In this document: positions 9,353-19,100 of the stretch, in pieces
How positions within the stretch are numbered: position 1 is the first letter of the stretch
How the letters are laid out: every line of letters starts with the position of its first letter
Made by a program: the position numbers and the translations under genes
Notes under the pieces: model-generated
What the model saw: only the letters and a program-made list of their open reading frames with translations
Database searches by the model: none
Told to the model about the DNA's origin: nothing
NCBI GenBank assembly: GCA_034669905.1
Contig: JAXMOL010000024.1
Coordinates: forward strand, 1 to 64,000
DNA: 64,000 nucleotides
Direction of reading: 5' to 3'
Source of the DNA: Candidatus Hydrogenedentota bacterium
Lineage (GTDB): Bacteria; Hydrogenedentota; Hydrogenedentia; Hydrogenedentales; JAEUWI01

Positions 9353-11830
9353 ATGTCCCGAATACACCCGATCCCTGTCTTTTTCACCCTCGCTGCGTTG
9401 CTGTTTTGCGCGGCGGGAGCCCAAGCCCTGGACCTGAGTAAGGCCACCGTCCTGCTCAAAAGCGACGATCCGGTGGTGGCGACGGCCGCGCGCGTGCTGG
9501 TGGAGGAAACGGACAAGCGCACGGGCATCACCCTGAACGTCACCGACATTTACCCGGCGGGCAAACAACCGCTCATCGTGCTCGCCATCGGCAGCCAAGT
9601 CGATGACCTGGAGAAATACCTCCCCCTCGACTTCACGATGCCTGAAAAGCCGGAGAGCTTTGCCGCTTTCACGACGACCCTCCCTGACTTCCCTGCGGTC
9701 GTGCTCGCAGGCCATGATGAGCCGGGAGTGCTTTATGCGGTGGGCCGCCTCTTGCTGGCCATGGAACTTCGTCCCGGGTCTATCATGCTGGACGACGACT
9801 TCAAAAAGGCGTCGGCGCCCCGCTATCCCCATCGGGGTCACCAGATTGGCTACCGCGCCCTGGCCCATTGCTATGATGCGTGGTCGGCAGAAACCTATGA
9901 GCAATACATGCGGGAGCTGGCTATCTTTGGTGCCAATGCCTTCGAAACGACGAGCTACAGCCACCCGGATGATATGGATAAACCCCACGCGAAATTAACC
10001 CGCGGCGAAATGTCGGCCGCCTGGTCGCGTATCTGTGCGGACTACGGTTTCGATTTCTGGATGTTCACCAGCGCCATGGGCGGTGAGGGGGAAACCAAGG
10101 AAGAGGAAGAAGAACGGATGGAACGGCTCTACACCATGCTCCGCTCCATCCCCCATCTTGACCACCTTTATCTCACCGGGGGCGATGGCAGCAGTCGCCA
10201 CCGTCGTCCCGACCTCATGTTTGAGACCCTGGAACATTTCGCCCAGGAGGCCCGGGCGATTCACCCGGCGCTCGGCATCTGGACCTCCAACCAAGGCGCC
10301 GACCCCGAGCAGAACAACTGGTTCTTCGACTACCTTCAGCGCGAAGAGCCCGAGTGGCTCACGGGGATAATCTATGGTGCGTGGAACCGCATCCATGCGA
10401 AAGAACAGCGGGAACGGACACCCGCCCGCTATCCCATCCGCCGCTATGATGACATTGGCCACGCGGTCCGTGCCCAATACACCATCCCCGAGTGGGACCG
10501 GGCCTATGCCCGCACGCTGGGCCGCGAGCCCTTCGCCCCCCGTCCCCGGGGTGCGGCCAACATCCACAATCTCTACGACCAATATTCCGACGGCTTCGTC
10601 ACCTATTCCGATGGCATTGGCGATGATGTGAACAAGTTTGTCTGGACGGCCCTCGGCTGGGACCCCGACCGCCCGCTGGACGATATTCTGTTGGACTACG
10701 CCCGCTTCTTTTTTGGCCCCGACATTGCCGAAGACGTGCGCACGGGCCTCTATCGCTTTGAAGAAAACTTTGACGAACCCATGGCCACCTGTGAGGGCGT
10801 CGAAAAAAACTACCGACTGTGGAAAAGCCTCGAAGAAAAAGCCGATGACACCCTCAAGGCCAACTGGCGCTTTCAGTCCTGCGTGATGCGCGCCACCTTC
10901 GATTACTACACCAAGATGCGTCTCCTCAAGGCCCTGGACCAGGAAGAACGGGCCCTCGCTGTGTTGCGGAATGCACCGACCCTGGGCGCGAAGAAGGCGA
11001 TTGCCGACGCACGCACGATTCTGGCGGAGTCCGACCAGGACGAGACGACGGATGTACTCCGGGAAAAGCTGGAATCGCTGGGTGCCGAGCTCTTTGAAAG
11101 CATTGGGGCCCAGTTGGATGTGAAACGCTATAAGGCCGTGCGTTCCGAGCGGGGGGCCATCCTGGAATTCCTGGACACGCCGCTGAATAACCGCCGTTGG
11201 CTGGAAGATGAATTCGACGCCATTGAGACGGGACGTTTTACCGCCACCATGCCCGAGGGCCAGGTAGAAGGAGACCTTGCGTTGGCACGGCTGGCACAAG
11301 TCGCCAACTGGGAAACGCCGGGGGAAGGCAGCTCTTACGATGACCTCGGCTTCCCCTGGAAACAACCCCACCTGGTGAAACAAAAGACCCAGTGGGAAGA
11401 CCCCGGCAGCCTGGAGAGTCCCCGTGAAGGCCACACGATGCAGCCCGACGACAGCCCCTATCGTCTTTCCTGGCTGGATGTGAGTGAGGCCCTCTGCGGC
11501 ACGCCCCTCCTCATGCACTACGATAATCTGGACCCCAAAGCCCGCTATCGGGTGAAGGTCACCTACTTGGGCCGCTACAACGCCACCATCCGCCTCACGG
11601 CCGATGAAAAATATCCGATCCACGGCTCCTATGGGAATACCCGTCAGGGCGTCCGCTATACCATCAACCGCGACAGCGCGGCGGTGCCGACCGATAACGA
11701 AGCACCGGTGACGCCGTTGGAGTTTATCATCCCCATGGAAGCGACGAAAGACGGCAAACTCGATCTCCGGTGGGACCGCGACACGGGCCGAGGGATTCAG
11801 ATTGCCGAGGTTTGGCTGCTGAAGGAGTAG
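9353..11830 (+). CDS. Large secreted putative glycoside hydrolase (GH20/GH67-type N-terminal domain plus an uncharacterised catalytic-like domain)
   Basis: RBS AAGGAG; signal peptide AQA|L; KPESF...VLAGHDEPGVLYAVGRLL...APRYPHRG is typical of the hexosaminidase/glucuronidase domain 2. Confidence 0.65.
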   Translation: MSRIHPIPVFFTLAALLFCAAGAQALDLSKATVLLKSDDPVVATAARVLVEETDKRTGITLNVTDIYPAGKQPLIVLAIGSQVDDLEKYLPLDFTMPEKPESFAAFTTTLPDFPAVVLAGHDEPGVLYAVGRLLLAMELRPGSIMLDDDFKKASAPRYPHRGHQIGYRALAHCYDAWSAETYEQYMRELAIFGANAFETTSYSHPDDMDKPHAKLTRGEMSAAWSRICADYGFDFWMFTSAMGGEGETKEEEEERMERLYTMLRSIPHLDHLYLTGGDGSSRHRRPDLMFETLEHFAQEARAIHPALGIWTSNQGADPEQNNWFFDYLQREEPEWLTGIIYGAWNRIHAKEQRERTPARYPIRRYDDIGHAVRAQYTIPEWDRAYARTLGREPFAPRPRGAANIHNLYDQYSDGFVTYSDGIGDDVNKFVWTALGWDPDRPLDDILLDYARFFFGPDIAEDVRTGLYRFEENFDEPMATCEGVEKNYRLWKSLEEKADDTLKANWRFQSCVMRATFDYYTKMRLLKALDQEERALAVLRNAPTLGAKKAIADARTILAESDQDETTDVLREKLESLGAELFESIGAQLDVKRYKAVRSERGAILEFLDTPLNNRRWLEDEFDAIETGRFTATMPEGQVEGDLALARLAQVANWETPGEGSSYDDLGFPWKQPHLVKQKTQWEDPGSLESPREGHTMQPDDSPYRLSWLDVSEALCGTPLLMHYDNLDPKARYRVKVTYLGRYNATIRLTADEKYPIHGSYGNTRQGVRYTINRDSAAVPTDNEAPVTPLEFIIPMEATKDGKLDLRWDRDTGRGIQIAEVWLLKE

Positions 11831-12076
11831 GCCGGTCCTGTGGTATGGCGTGGAAAGGACCTGGAGGACGGAAAGGACATACGATTGGGGGCATGACCGG
11901 TGGAGCCCCCATCATCGTTGCCATGGAGAATCACTACTTGATTGCCTACCCCATAACGGGTACTATTTCTGGCTAGTGTATTTGGGTCAATCGTCGGTCC
12001 GTCTGTGAGACGTGTTAGCGGACCGTTCATTCAACATGTTTCATCGGGCTGGTGAGACAGGAGAGAAAGGTAGGAT

Positions 12077-13591
12077 ATGAGTGAAGAAAAATCTGCCGGC
12101 ATAGAGGCGCATCAAAAACGCCTCTTCTGGGGCTGCTTCGTAGCCCTGATTGCCACAGCCTTTGGCTTTGTTGTGCGCTCCATGGTCATCAATGACTGGG
12201 CGACGGAGTTCGGGTTCACCGAGACGCAAAAAGGCGAGTTGTTTGGTGTGGGACTGTGGCCCTTTGCAATCAGCATCATCCTCTTCAGTTTGATTATCGA
12301 TAAGATTGGCTATGGCCGCGCGATGGTCTTCGCCTTTGCGTGTCACGTCATCTCCGCCATCCTGACGATTTTCGCCACCGGCTACTGGATGCTCTACATC
12401 GCGACCTTCATCGTGGCGCTGGGTAATGGTACCGTTGAGGCCGTTATCAATCCCGTGGTGGCAACCATGTTCCGCAATGAGAAGACCAAGTGGTTGAATA
12501 TCCTCCACGCCGGCTGGCCCGGTGGTCTCGTCATCGGCGGTATTATGGCCATCGCACTGGGCGCCGATACGGACTGGCAGATCAAAGTGGGACTCATCCT
12601 GATCCCCACGGTCATCTACGGTATTATGCTCTTCGGTCAGAAGTTTCCCATCCACGAACGGGTGGAGTCCGGTGTTTCCTACATCGCCATGCTCAAGGAA
12701 GTGGGTATCATTGGTGCCCTCATCGTGGTATCGCTGATGACGGCGGAAGTCGGGCGCGTATTCGGGTTCCCGTGGGTGCTTGAACTCGTCATCATCGTCG
12801 CGCTGGTGGGTGTCTATGGCTTCTACGTCAAATCCCTGGGCCGTCCCCTCTTCGTTTTCATGCTCCTTATCATGATGCCCCTCGCCACGACCGAGTTGGG
12901 CACCGACGGCTGGATTACGCCGCTCATGGAACCGGAGATGGAAGAGCTTGGCCTTCAGGCGGGCTGGGTACTGGTGTACACCTCCTTCATCATGATGGTC
13001 CTTCGCTTCTTCGCGGGCTCCATTGTGCACCGCCTCTCTCCCCTGGGACTGCTGGCCGGTAGCGCCATCATCGCCGCCTTAGGCCTGGTTTTCCTTTCCA
13101 CGGCCACAGGCGTCATGATTCTCGCTGCAGCAACCCTCTATGCCTTCGGTAAGACCTTCTTCTGGCCGACCATGCTGGGTGTGGCTGCGGAGCAGTTCCC
13201 CAAAGGTGGCGCGCTTACGCTCAACACCCTTGGTGGTGTGGGCATGCTCGCCGTCGGTATCGTCGGTGCGCCGTTCCTCGGCTACATCCAGGATACTTCG
13301 GTAGCTGCAAAACTCCAGGCGGAAAATGCGCCGGTATTCGAAAAGTATGCCGCGCCCAAGACGACCATCTTCGGTGGCATCGTTGCCCTGGACCCGGAGA
13401 AAGAGAAGGAAGCAACAGAAGAAGAAGCGGCCGCTATCGCACCGCTGAAACGTCAAGCCACCAAAGGTGCCCTGAAAACCGTTGCTATCTTCCCGGTTAT
13501 CATGCTGGTCTGCTTTGTCATTCTCATCGTCTACTTCAAGTCGAAGGGCGGTTATAAAGTGGCCCATATCGATGCCGATCCGGCTGGCTAG
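12077..13591 (+). CDS. MFS transporter (sugar/fucose permease-like)
   Basis: About 12 TM helices; motif A IIDKIGYG; GNGTVEAVINP; GKTFFWPTMLG. Confidence 0.88.
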   Translation: MSEEKSAGIEAHQKRLFWGCFVALIATAFGFVVRSMVINDWATEFGFTETQKGELFGVGLWPFAISIILFSLIIDKIGYGRAMVFAFACHVISAILTIFATGYWMLYIATFIVALGNGTVEAVINPVVATMFRNEKTKWLNILHAGWPGGLVIGGIMAIALGADTDWQIKVGLILIPTVIYGIMLFGQKFPIHERVESGVSYIAMLKEVGIIGALIVVSLMTAEVGRVFGFPWVLELVIIVALVGVYGFYVKSLGRPLFVFMLLIMMPLATTELGTDGWITPLMEPEMEELGLQAGWVLVYTSFIMMVLRFFAGSIVHRLSPLGLLAGSAIIAALGLVFLSTATGVMILAAATLYAFGKTFFWPTMLGVAAEQFPKGGALTLNTLGGVGMLAVGIVGAPFLGYIQDTSVAAKLQAENAPVFEKYAAPKTTIFGGIVALDPEKEKEATEEEAAAIAPLKRQATKGALKTVAIFPVIMLVCFVILIVYFKSKGGYKVAHIDADPAG

Positions 13592-13618
13592 AAGTCACCT
13601 GTCCCCTTAATCCCACAC

Positions 13619-13653
13619 CGCCCTGTGTCCCCCTCGGACACAGGGCGTTTTTT
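13619..13653 (+). terminator. Rho-independent terminator
   Basis: 12-bp stem CGCCCTGTGTCC-ccctc-GGACACAGGGCG followed by TTTTTT. Confidence 0.85.
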
Positions 13654-13769
13654 CTTGAGTATGACGCCAAACGCTACGTTCGCTGGTCTTAGTTGTATCG
13701 CCACGGGATGGGGTGGCACTATGAACCGCATTCCTACGACACGAAACTTTGCCTGAGAGAGGCCCCTGT

Positions 13770-14825
13770 ATGCTCCGCACCCTGTTACGGATTCTTACGC
13801 TTACCCTGTTGACTCTTTGCGCCATCGGTGGCTGGTGGCTCTTCCTGGATGGCCGCGCACCCGCCGTCCGCACCGACCTTACCCGCATGCCCGACACCTT
13901 CGGCGCACCGCCGGAAGGCTACCCCACCGAGAATGCCCTCATGGCCGCCTTTGCCACCGGGACACTCGACCTGTTGGACCGGGAAGCCCCTGTGGACGTC
14001 CCGGATGGGGTCATCGAGGAATTGGACATCACCTATGGGCAGGAGGGCGACATCGCCCTGAAGCTGGACCTGTACCGTCCCGAAGTATCCACGACACCCC
14101 TGCCCGCGGTCCTCTTTATTCATGGGGGCGGTTGGACCAAGGGGGACAAATCGGACTATAAGTTCTACGCCGCCAAACTTCCGTTGAAGGGCTACGTGGT
14201 GGCGACCATGGGCTATCGCTTCGCCGATGTGGCGGGCTTTCCCGGCTGCGTGTCGGATACCAAATGCGCGGTACGCTGGCTTCGGGCGAATGCCGAACGG
14301 CTGGGCATCGACCCGAACAAGATCGCGGTTGCTGGCGGCTCGGCGGGGGGCTATCTGGCCATGATGGCCGGCTACACCAGCGATGTGCCGGAATTGGAGG
14401 GCAATGGCGGCAACCCCGATGTGAGCAGCGCGGTGCAGGCGGTCATCGACCTCTACGGTCCCACCGACTTCACCACGGAAGTCGCCAAGGTCCACCCGAC
14501 CATTACGAATTTCATGAAGGTGTCCTACGCCAAGGAGCCGACGCGCTATGAAGAGGCCTCTCCCCTCTTTCACGTGGACGCGGGTGACCCGCCCACCTTC
14601 ATTATCCAGGGGACGCTGGACACCCTCGTTACCCCCGACCAGTCCGACGCGCTGGCGGAAAAATTTCAGGCCCTGGGGGTAGACTACTGGTATGACTGCT
14701 ACCCCGGCTGGCCCCACACGATGGATGTGGCCCGGCCCGTCAACGAGCGGGTGCAGGAGACCCTCCACGCCTTCTTGCAACATGTCTTTTCGGAACCCAA
14801 CGAACCTGTGAGTACACGCCCATGA
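13770..14825 (+). CDS. Membrane-anchored alpha/beta hydrolase (HSL/BD-FAE-like esterase)
   Basis: N-terminal TM; FIHGGGW; nucleophile GGSAGG; QGTLD; catalytic His in GWPH. Confidence 0.9.
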   Translation: MLRTLLRILTLTLLTLCAIGGWWLFLDGRAPAVRTDLTRMPDTFGAPPEGYPTENALMAAFATGTLDLLDREAPVDVPDGVIEELDITYGQEGDIALKLDLYRPEVSTTPLPAVLFIHGGGWTKGDKSDYKFYAAKLPLKGYVVATMGYRFADVAGFPGCVSDTKCAVRWLRANAERLGIDPNKIAVAGGSAGGYLAMMAGYTSDVPELEGNGGNPDVSSAVQAVIDLYGPTDFTTEVAKVHPTITNFMKVSYAKEPTRYEEASPLFHVDAGDPPTFIIQGTLDTLVTPDQSDALAEKFQALGVDYWYDCYPGWPHTMDVARPVNERVQETLHAFLQHVFSEPNEPVSTRP

Positions 14826-15910
14826 AAAAGATAATTCTTCGTATCCTTGGTACCCTACTCCTTTTGGCCCTTCTGATTGGTGGCTGGTGGCTCTTCATTG
14901 ATTCTCGTCCCCCGGCTCAGCGTCCAGACCTTGTCCGCATTCCAGATGAGTTGGGCCCGCCTCCCGAGGGCTATCCGACAGAAAACCTGATATTGACCGC
15001 CTTTGGCTTGCAGGCGTTGGGGCTCTACGACATGGAGCTTATTGACCGCGATGTGGCGGCATTGCCGGTGCCCGCTGGTGTAATCGAAGAGACCAACGTC
15101 GTCTACGGCACGGGCGGTGGCAAAGAACTGGCTCTGGATCTCTATTATCCAGAAGGCTTACGGGCCCCCGTTCCAGCCATTATGTTCATCCACGGCGGCG
15201 GTTGGCGGAGCGGGAAGCGTCAGGATTACAAGCTCTATACCACCCAGTTTGCCCAAATGGGCTACGTAGTCGCTACTGTCAGTTACCGACTAGGGGAAGA
15301 GGGCTACTTCCCCAATTGTGTGGAGGACGTGAAATGTGCGGTGCGTTGGATACGGGCCAATGCCGAACGCCTGCACATTGACGACGAACGCCTGGCCGTT
15401 ATCGGTGGTTCGGCGGGTGGTCACCTTGCCATGATGGTGGGCTTTGCCAGCGACGTACCCGAATTCGAAGGAACGGGGGGCAACGAAGGAGTGTCCAGTG
15501 CCGTCGCTGCCGTTATCGACATTTACGGGCCTACGGATTTCACGACGGGCCCCAACCGCAATCACCACCTTCTCACCGACTTCATGCAAGGCACCTATGA
15601 AGAACTACCCGACAAGTTCAGGAAAGGGTCACCGCTGTTTTATGTGGACGCCGACGACCCACCCACGCTGATCATTCATGGTACGGTGGACAGCCTGGTG
15701 CCGGTGCGTCAATCCGACCTGTTGGCAGAGAAGTTTCAGGAGCTGGGGAACTACTACTGGTACGACCGCCTGGATGGCTGGCCCCACGCCATGGATGTGG
15801 CCCAGGTCGTCAATGACCGGGTGGTCCAGGTCACCACGGCCTTCTTGGAAGAAGTCTTCGGGGGGCCGAGTCCCAAGGCCACGGCAGAATTGGCTACGCC
15901 TGCCGAGTAA
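14822..15910 (+). CDS. Membrane-anchored alpha/beta hydrolase, tandem paralog of the upstream gene
   Basis: FIHGGGW, GGSAGG, HGTVD, GWPH; shares GGWWLFxDxRxPAxRxDLxRxPD and PPEGYPTEN with the upstream gene; ATGA overlap. Confidence 0.9.
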   Translation: MKKIILRILGTLLLLALLIGGWWLFIDSRPPAQRPDLVRIPDELGPPPEGYPTENLILTAFGLQALGLYDMELIDRDVAALPVPAGVIEETNVVYGTGGGKELALDLYYPEGLRAPVPAIMFIHGGGWRSGKRQDYKLYTTQFAQMGYVVATVSYRLGEEGYFPNCVEDVKCAVRWIRANAERLHIDDERLAVIGGSAGGHLAMMVGFASDVPEFEGTGGNEGVSSAVAAVIDIYGPTDFTTGPNRNHHLLTDFMQGTYEELPDKFRKGSPLFYVDADDPPTLIIHGTVDSLVPVRQSDLLAEKFQELGNYYWYDRLDGWPHAMDVAQVVNDRVVQVTTAFLEEVFGGPSPKATAELATPAE

Positions 15911-15917
15911 CGCAACG

Positions 15918-15951
15918 AAAAACGGACCCCGTCGAAAGGCGGGGTCCGTTG
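15918..15951. terminator. Terminator hairpin between convergent genes (probably bidirectional)
   Basis: AACGGACCCCGTC-GAAA-GGCGGGGTCCGTT, preceded by an A-run. Confidence 0.75.
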
Positions 15952-15974
15952 TACGGTCAGTTTCTTTGATGCGT

Positions 15975-17276
15975 TCAGCTCGCGACACAAACCACGTTCT
16001 TGCCCTGCCCTTTCGCACTGTAAAGTGCATCATCTGCCGCACGAATAAACGACGCCACGTTCATCGATGACTTGTACTCCGCCACGCCGATACTCATGCT
16101 CGTACCGTAATTCTCAATCTGCTCAAACTTCTCGCGCATCCGCTCGGCCACAACCATGGGGCCACCATCCACAAACTTGTGCAGGAGCACGGCAAACTCG
16201 TCGCCGCCACAACGGAAGCCCTCATCGTAGGCCGTATTTCGTATGCTGGCGGTGATCACTTCGCCCACTGCCTTCAGCAGTTCATCACCCACCTGGTGTC
16301 CATGGGTATCGTTACACTGTTTGAAATTATCCAGATCTATCATGAGTAACGCCAGTCTTGAATCCACCTCATCGGCGCTACTCACGGCCAGTTCGATACG
16401 GTTGCTGAAGGAGCGCTTGTTGAGTAATCCTGTCAGTGCGTCGGACTGGGCGGCCTCGGCCAGGCGGTGCTCCACTTCCCGTTTTTCGGTCATGTCACGA
16501 AAGGCCAGAAAGATAAACTCCTCGCCGTCCGCCCCTACCATTGTCACGGTTGCGTCCACGTGGATGCCCGTGCCGTTGCTCCGCACCACCTGAAGATCTC
16601 CGATGGTGCCCTTTCCGCTCCGCTGGCAGACACCCATCCACAGATTGAATCGTTCGCGGTCAGACTCGATTAAGAACTCTACAAAATTGGTGTTGAGCAA
16701 CTCCCCCTTGCTCTTCCCCAACAACGAACACATGGCGTCGTTGGCATCTTCAATGACAAACCCGTCTAATGTGAGAAGCAGCTTGCCGTCCATGCTCAGA
16801 TCGAACAAGCTCCGATACTTCTTGTGGGCCACTTCCAACTCATGGCGCATGCGGCGCTCATCCAATACGCGCATCAATTTGGCAATGAGTTCTGCGGCCA
16901 GAAACGGCTTGTTCAAAAAGTCTTTGGCGCCCACCTCAATGACTTCCACATAAGGAAATTCACTGGGATAGCCGGTCATGGCGACGATATGCATCGCGGG
17001 CCATTCGGCATTCACCCGTTCAATAAGATCCAGCCCATGGACGCCGGGCATTCTCATATCCGTGAGAAACACGTCAAAGGGCTCCTCGGACAACCGGGTA
17101 ATTGCTTCATCCCCCGAGGAAACCACGGACACCGTACACCCGAACACCTTTTCAAGGGTGCGACTCACCAGCGCGACGATACTCTCTTGATCATCGGCGA
17201 TGAGAATCCGTGCATCCTGGTAATGAAAAACTTCTTTGACCACAACAGACACTCCATCCCTGTCCCGCGGAAACAC
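15975..17276 (-). CDS. REC-PAS-GGDEF diguanylate cyclase (start uncertain)
   Basis: ILIADD...FLTDMRMPG...FLNKPF; PAS-type linker; DALTGLLN; DLDNFKQCNDTHGHQVGD; RCGGDEF. Confidence 0.92.
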   Translation of the reverse strand: MFPRDRDGVSVVVKEVFHYQDARILIADDQESIVALVSRTLEKVFGCTVSVVSSGDEAITRLSEEPFDVFLTDMRMPGVHGLDLIERVNAEWPAMHIVAMTGYPSEFPYVEVIEVGAKDFLNKPFLAAELIAKLMRVLDERRMRHELEVAHKKYRSLFDLSMDGKLLLTLDGFVIEDANDAMCSLLGKSKGELLNTNFVEFLIESDRERFNLWMGVCQRSGKGTIGDLQVVRSNGTGIHVDATVTMVGADGEEFIFLAFRDMTEKREVEHRLAEAAQSDALTGLLNKRSFSNRIELAVSSADEVDSRLALLMIDLDNFKQCNDTHGHQVGDELLKAVGEVITASIRNTAYDEGFRCGGDEFAVLLHKFVDGGPMVVAERMREKFEQIENYGTSMSIGVAEYKSSMNVASFIRAADDALYSAKGQGKNVVCVAS

Positions 17277-17490
17277 TCTGAAGAGCCCACCGCGTCGAAA
17301 CTACTTGTACAACCGACTCCCTGTAACCAACCGCAACTCCACGTGCACCCGTGTCGATATCGAAGTGTCAACTATGACTTCCCTGATCATCACTGTATCG
17401 ATGCAATATCATAACATGCCCCCAATGACGATCGCCTCGTTTTTTTTGAGATCCGTTCCAAAACTGGTGGTTTCAAAGCGATATGCTGAC

Positions 17491-17538
17491 AAAAAAAACG
17501 CCGGATGGGCGACTGCCACCAGGGGAGTCGCACATCCG
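17491..17538 (-). terminator. Probable terminator of the degP-like gene
   Basis: Imperfect stem CGGATGgGCGACT...AGTCGCaCATCCG with an 8-nt A-run on the left (U-tract on the minus strand). Confidence 0.6.
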
Positions 17539-17579
17539 TGCGCGGTAATCGGGGTATGAGGAAAAAACTGGTATGGAGC

Positions 17580-18977
17580 TTAAGGAACTTTGATCACGGT
17601 GATATCCGGACTCGCGTCGCCCCGGGCATACCGCACCAGGATCGACTTGTTGGCTCCACTACGTTCTTTCACCAGGGTTTGAAAGGCGTCGACTGATGCG
17701 ACCGGTATTTGCGCAGCTTCGGTGATGCGATCACCCACCCGAATTCCGGCCTCGTCGGCGGGGCTACCTGCAACCACATCCATCACAAACAGGCCCCCTT
17801 CCTCCTCTGGAATACCAAACTCCTTACGCAGTTCTGCGTCCACTTCACGGAGCTGCATCCCGAGAATGGGGGCCACCTGCGGAGCGGCCTGTTCTGCGCC
17901 GTTCCACTCGCCCAGCACCGTCTGAAGCTCGATACTTTCGGCATCGCGCCAGACTTCGATCATGACTGTTTCTCCGGGAGGCAAGGAGGATATCTTTCGA
18001 ATCAGGGCACCGGCATTCTCAATGATCTCGCCGTTCACCTTGCGAATGACGTCATAGACGTGGATGCCATCCCGGGACGCCGGCGTATTGGGTCGAACGA
18101 CCTCCACCAGGGCCCCTTTGTCATCCGGGAGCCCCAGGGCCGAAGCGATACTGCCCGTGGCATCATCGATTTGGACCCCGAGAAATCCGCGGGTTACTTT
18201 GCCGTCGGCAATGAGGTCGGGCACGATATTCTTCACTTCATTCACGGGGATCGCGAATCCTATCGAATTGGCCCCCCAGATAATCGCGATATTGATCCCG
18301 ATCACTTCCCCATCGATATTGCAGAGTGGGCCGCCGCTGTTTCCGAGATTGATGGCGGCATCGGTCTGCACCAGGTTCTGAAAACGAATCCCCTGGGCTT
18401 CCAGGCCCCACAAGTTGTTCCGACCCAGTGCACTGATGTGGCCAAAGGAAAGGGACCCTTCAAAGCCCCGTGGGCTGCCCATCGCAATCGCGAACTGGCC
18501 CACCTTCAGGGTGTCCGAATCCCCGAGCACGGCCGGCATGAGCGGTTCATCGGCGTCGATCTTGATAACCGCAAGGTCCGTATCCGCATCCGCACCCACC
18601 ACCTTCGCCTCGTACCGTTTTCCATTGGAAAGCAGGACTTCAATCTTCTGGGCGTCGGCAATCACATGGTTATTGGTGACGATATGGCCTTCCACATCAT
18701 AAATAAAACCACTTCCCGTCGCCAGCGGACGGGTTTCGCCCCGCTGCCCTTCGGGCACAGGGGCACCGAAAAACTGGTGTAACTCATCGAGTTCTTTTTT
18801 TCCCCGGGGCATCGCGTTCCCTTCCGTCTCGATGGAAACGACGCAGGGTCCCACTTCTTCGTGGAGGCGCACAAAGCTGTCTTCAATTTCCCGTAAAATA
18901 GGGCTGCGGGCATGACACAGTGGCGCCAGGAAGGCGGCGAGTATGGCCCCGGTGAGGATTATCCTATAACTTCTCAT
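17580..18977 (-). CDS. degP: Do/DegP-family periplasmic serine protease with two PDZ domains
   Basis: GSGFI, VTNNHV, DLAVIK, QTDAAINLGNSGGPL; PDZ RGFLGV and LGMQL; signal peptide. Confidence 0.88.
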   Translation of the reverse strand: MRSYRIILTGAILAAFLAPLCHARSPILREIEDSFVRLHEEVGPCVVSIETEGNAMPRGKKELDELHQFFGAPVPEGQRGETRPLATGSGFIYDVEGHIVTNNHVIADAQKIEVLLSNGKRYEAKVVGADADTDLAVIKIDADEPLMPAVLGDSDTLKVGQFAIAMGSPRGFEGSLSFGHISALGRNNLWGLEAQGIRFQNLVQTDAAINLGNSGGPLCNIDGEVIGINIAIIWGANSIGFAIPVNEVKNIVPDLIADGKVTRGFLGVQIDDATGSIASALGLPDDKGALVEVVRPNTPASRDGIHVYDVIRKVNGEIIENAGALIRKISSLPPGETVMIEVWRDAESIELQTVLGEWNGAEQAAPQVAPILGMQLREVDAELRKEFGIPEEEGGLFVMDVVAGSPADEAGIRVGDRITEAAQIPVASVDAFQTLVKERSGANKSILVRYARGDASPDITVIKVP

Positions 18978-19100
18978 TCATCTATCTCCTGACCTGGAGG
19001 CATCTCGGATACCATCACCCGGTCGTGCTGCTCTCGTGTCTCTATGTATTCCTGCCACACCGTTTTTCATTGCGACGGTGTGATTTCCCTGCCGCTGCGA

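Noticed and set aside
11851..11878. GGAAAGGAC direct repeat after the GH-like gene
   Set aside because: Only two short copies and no supportable function.
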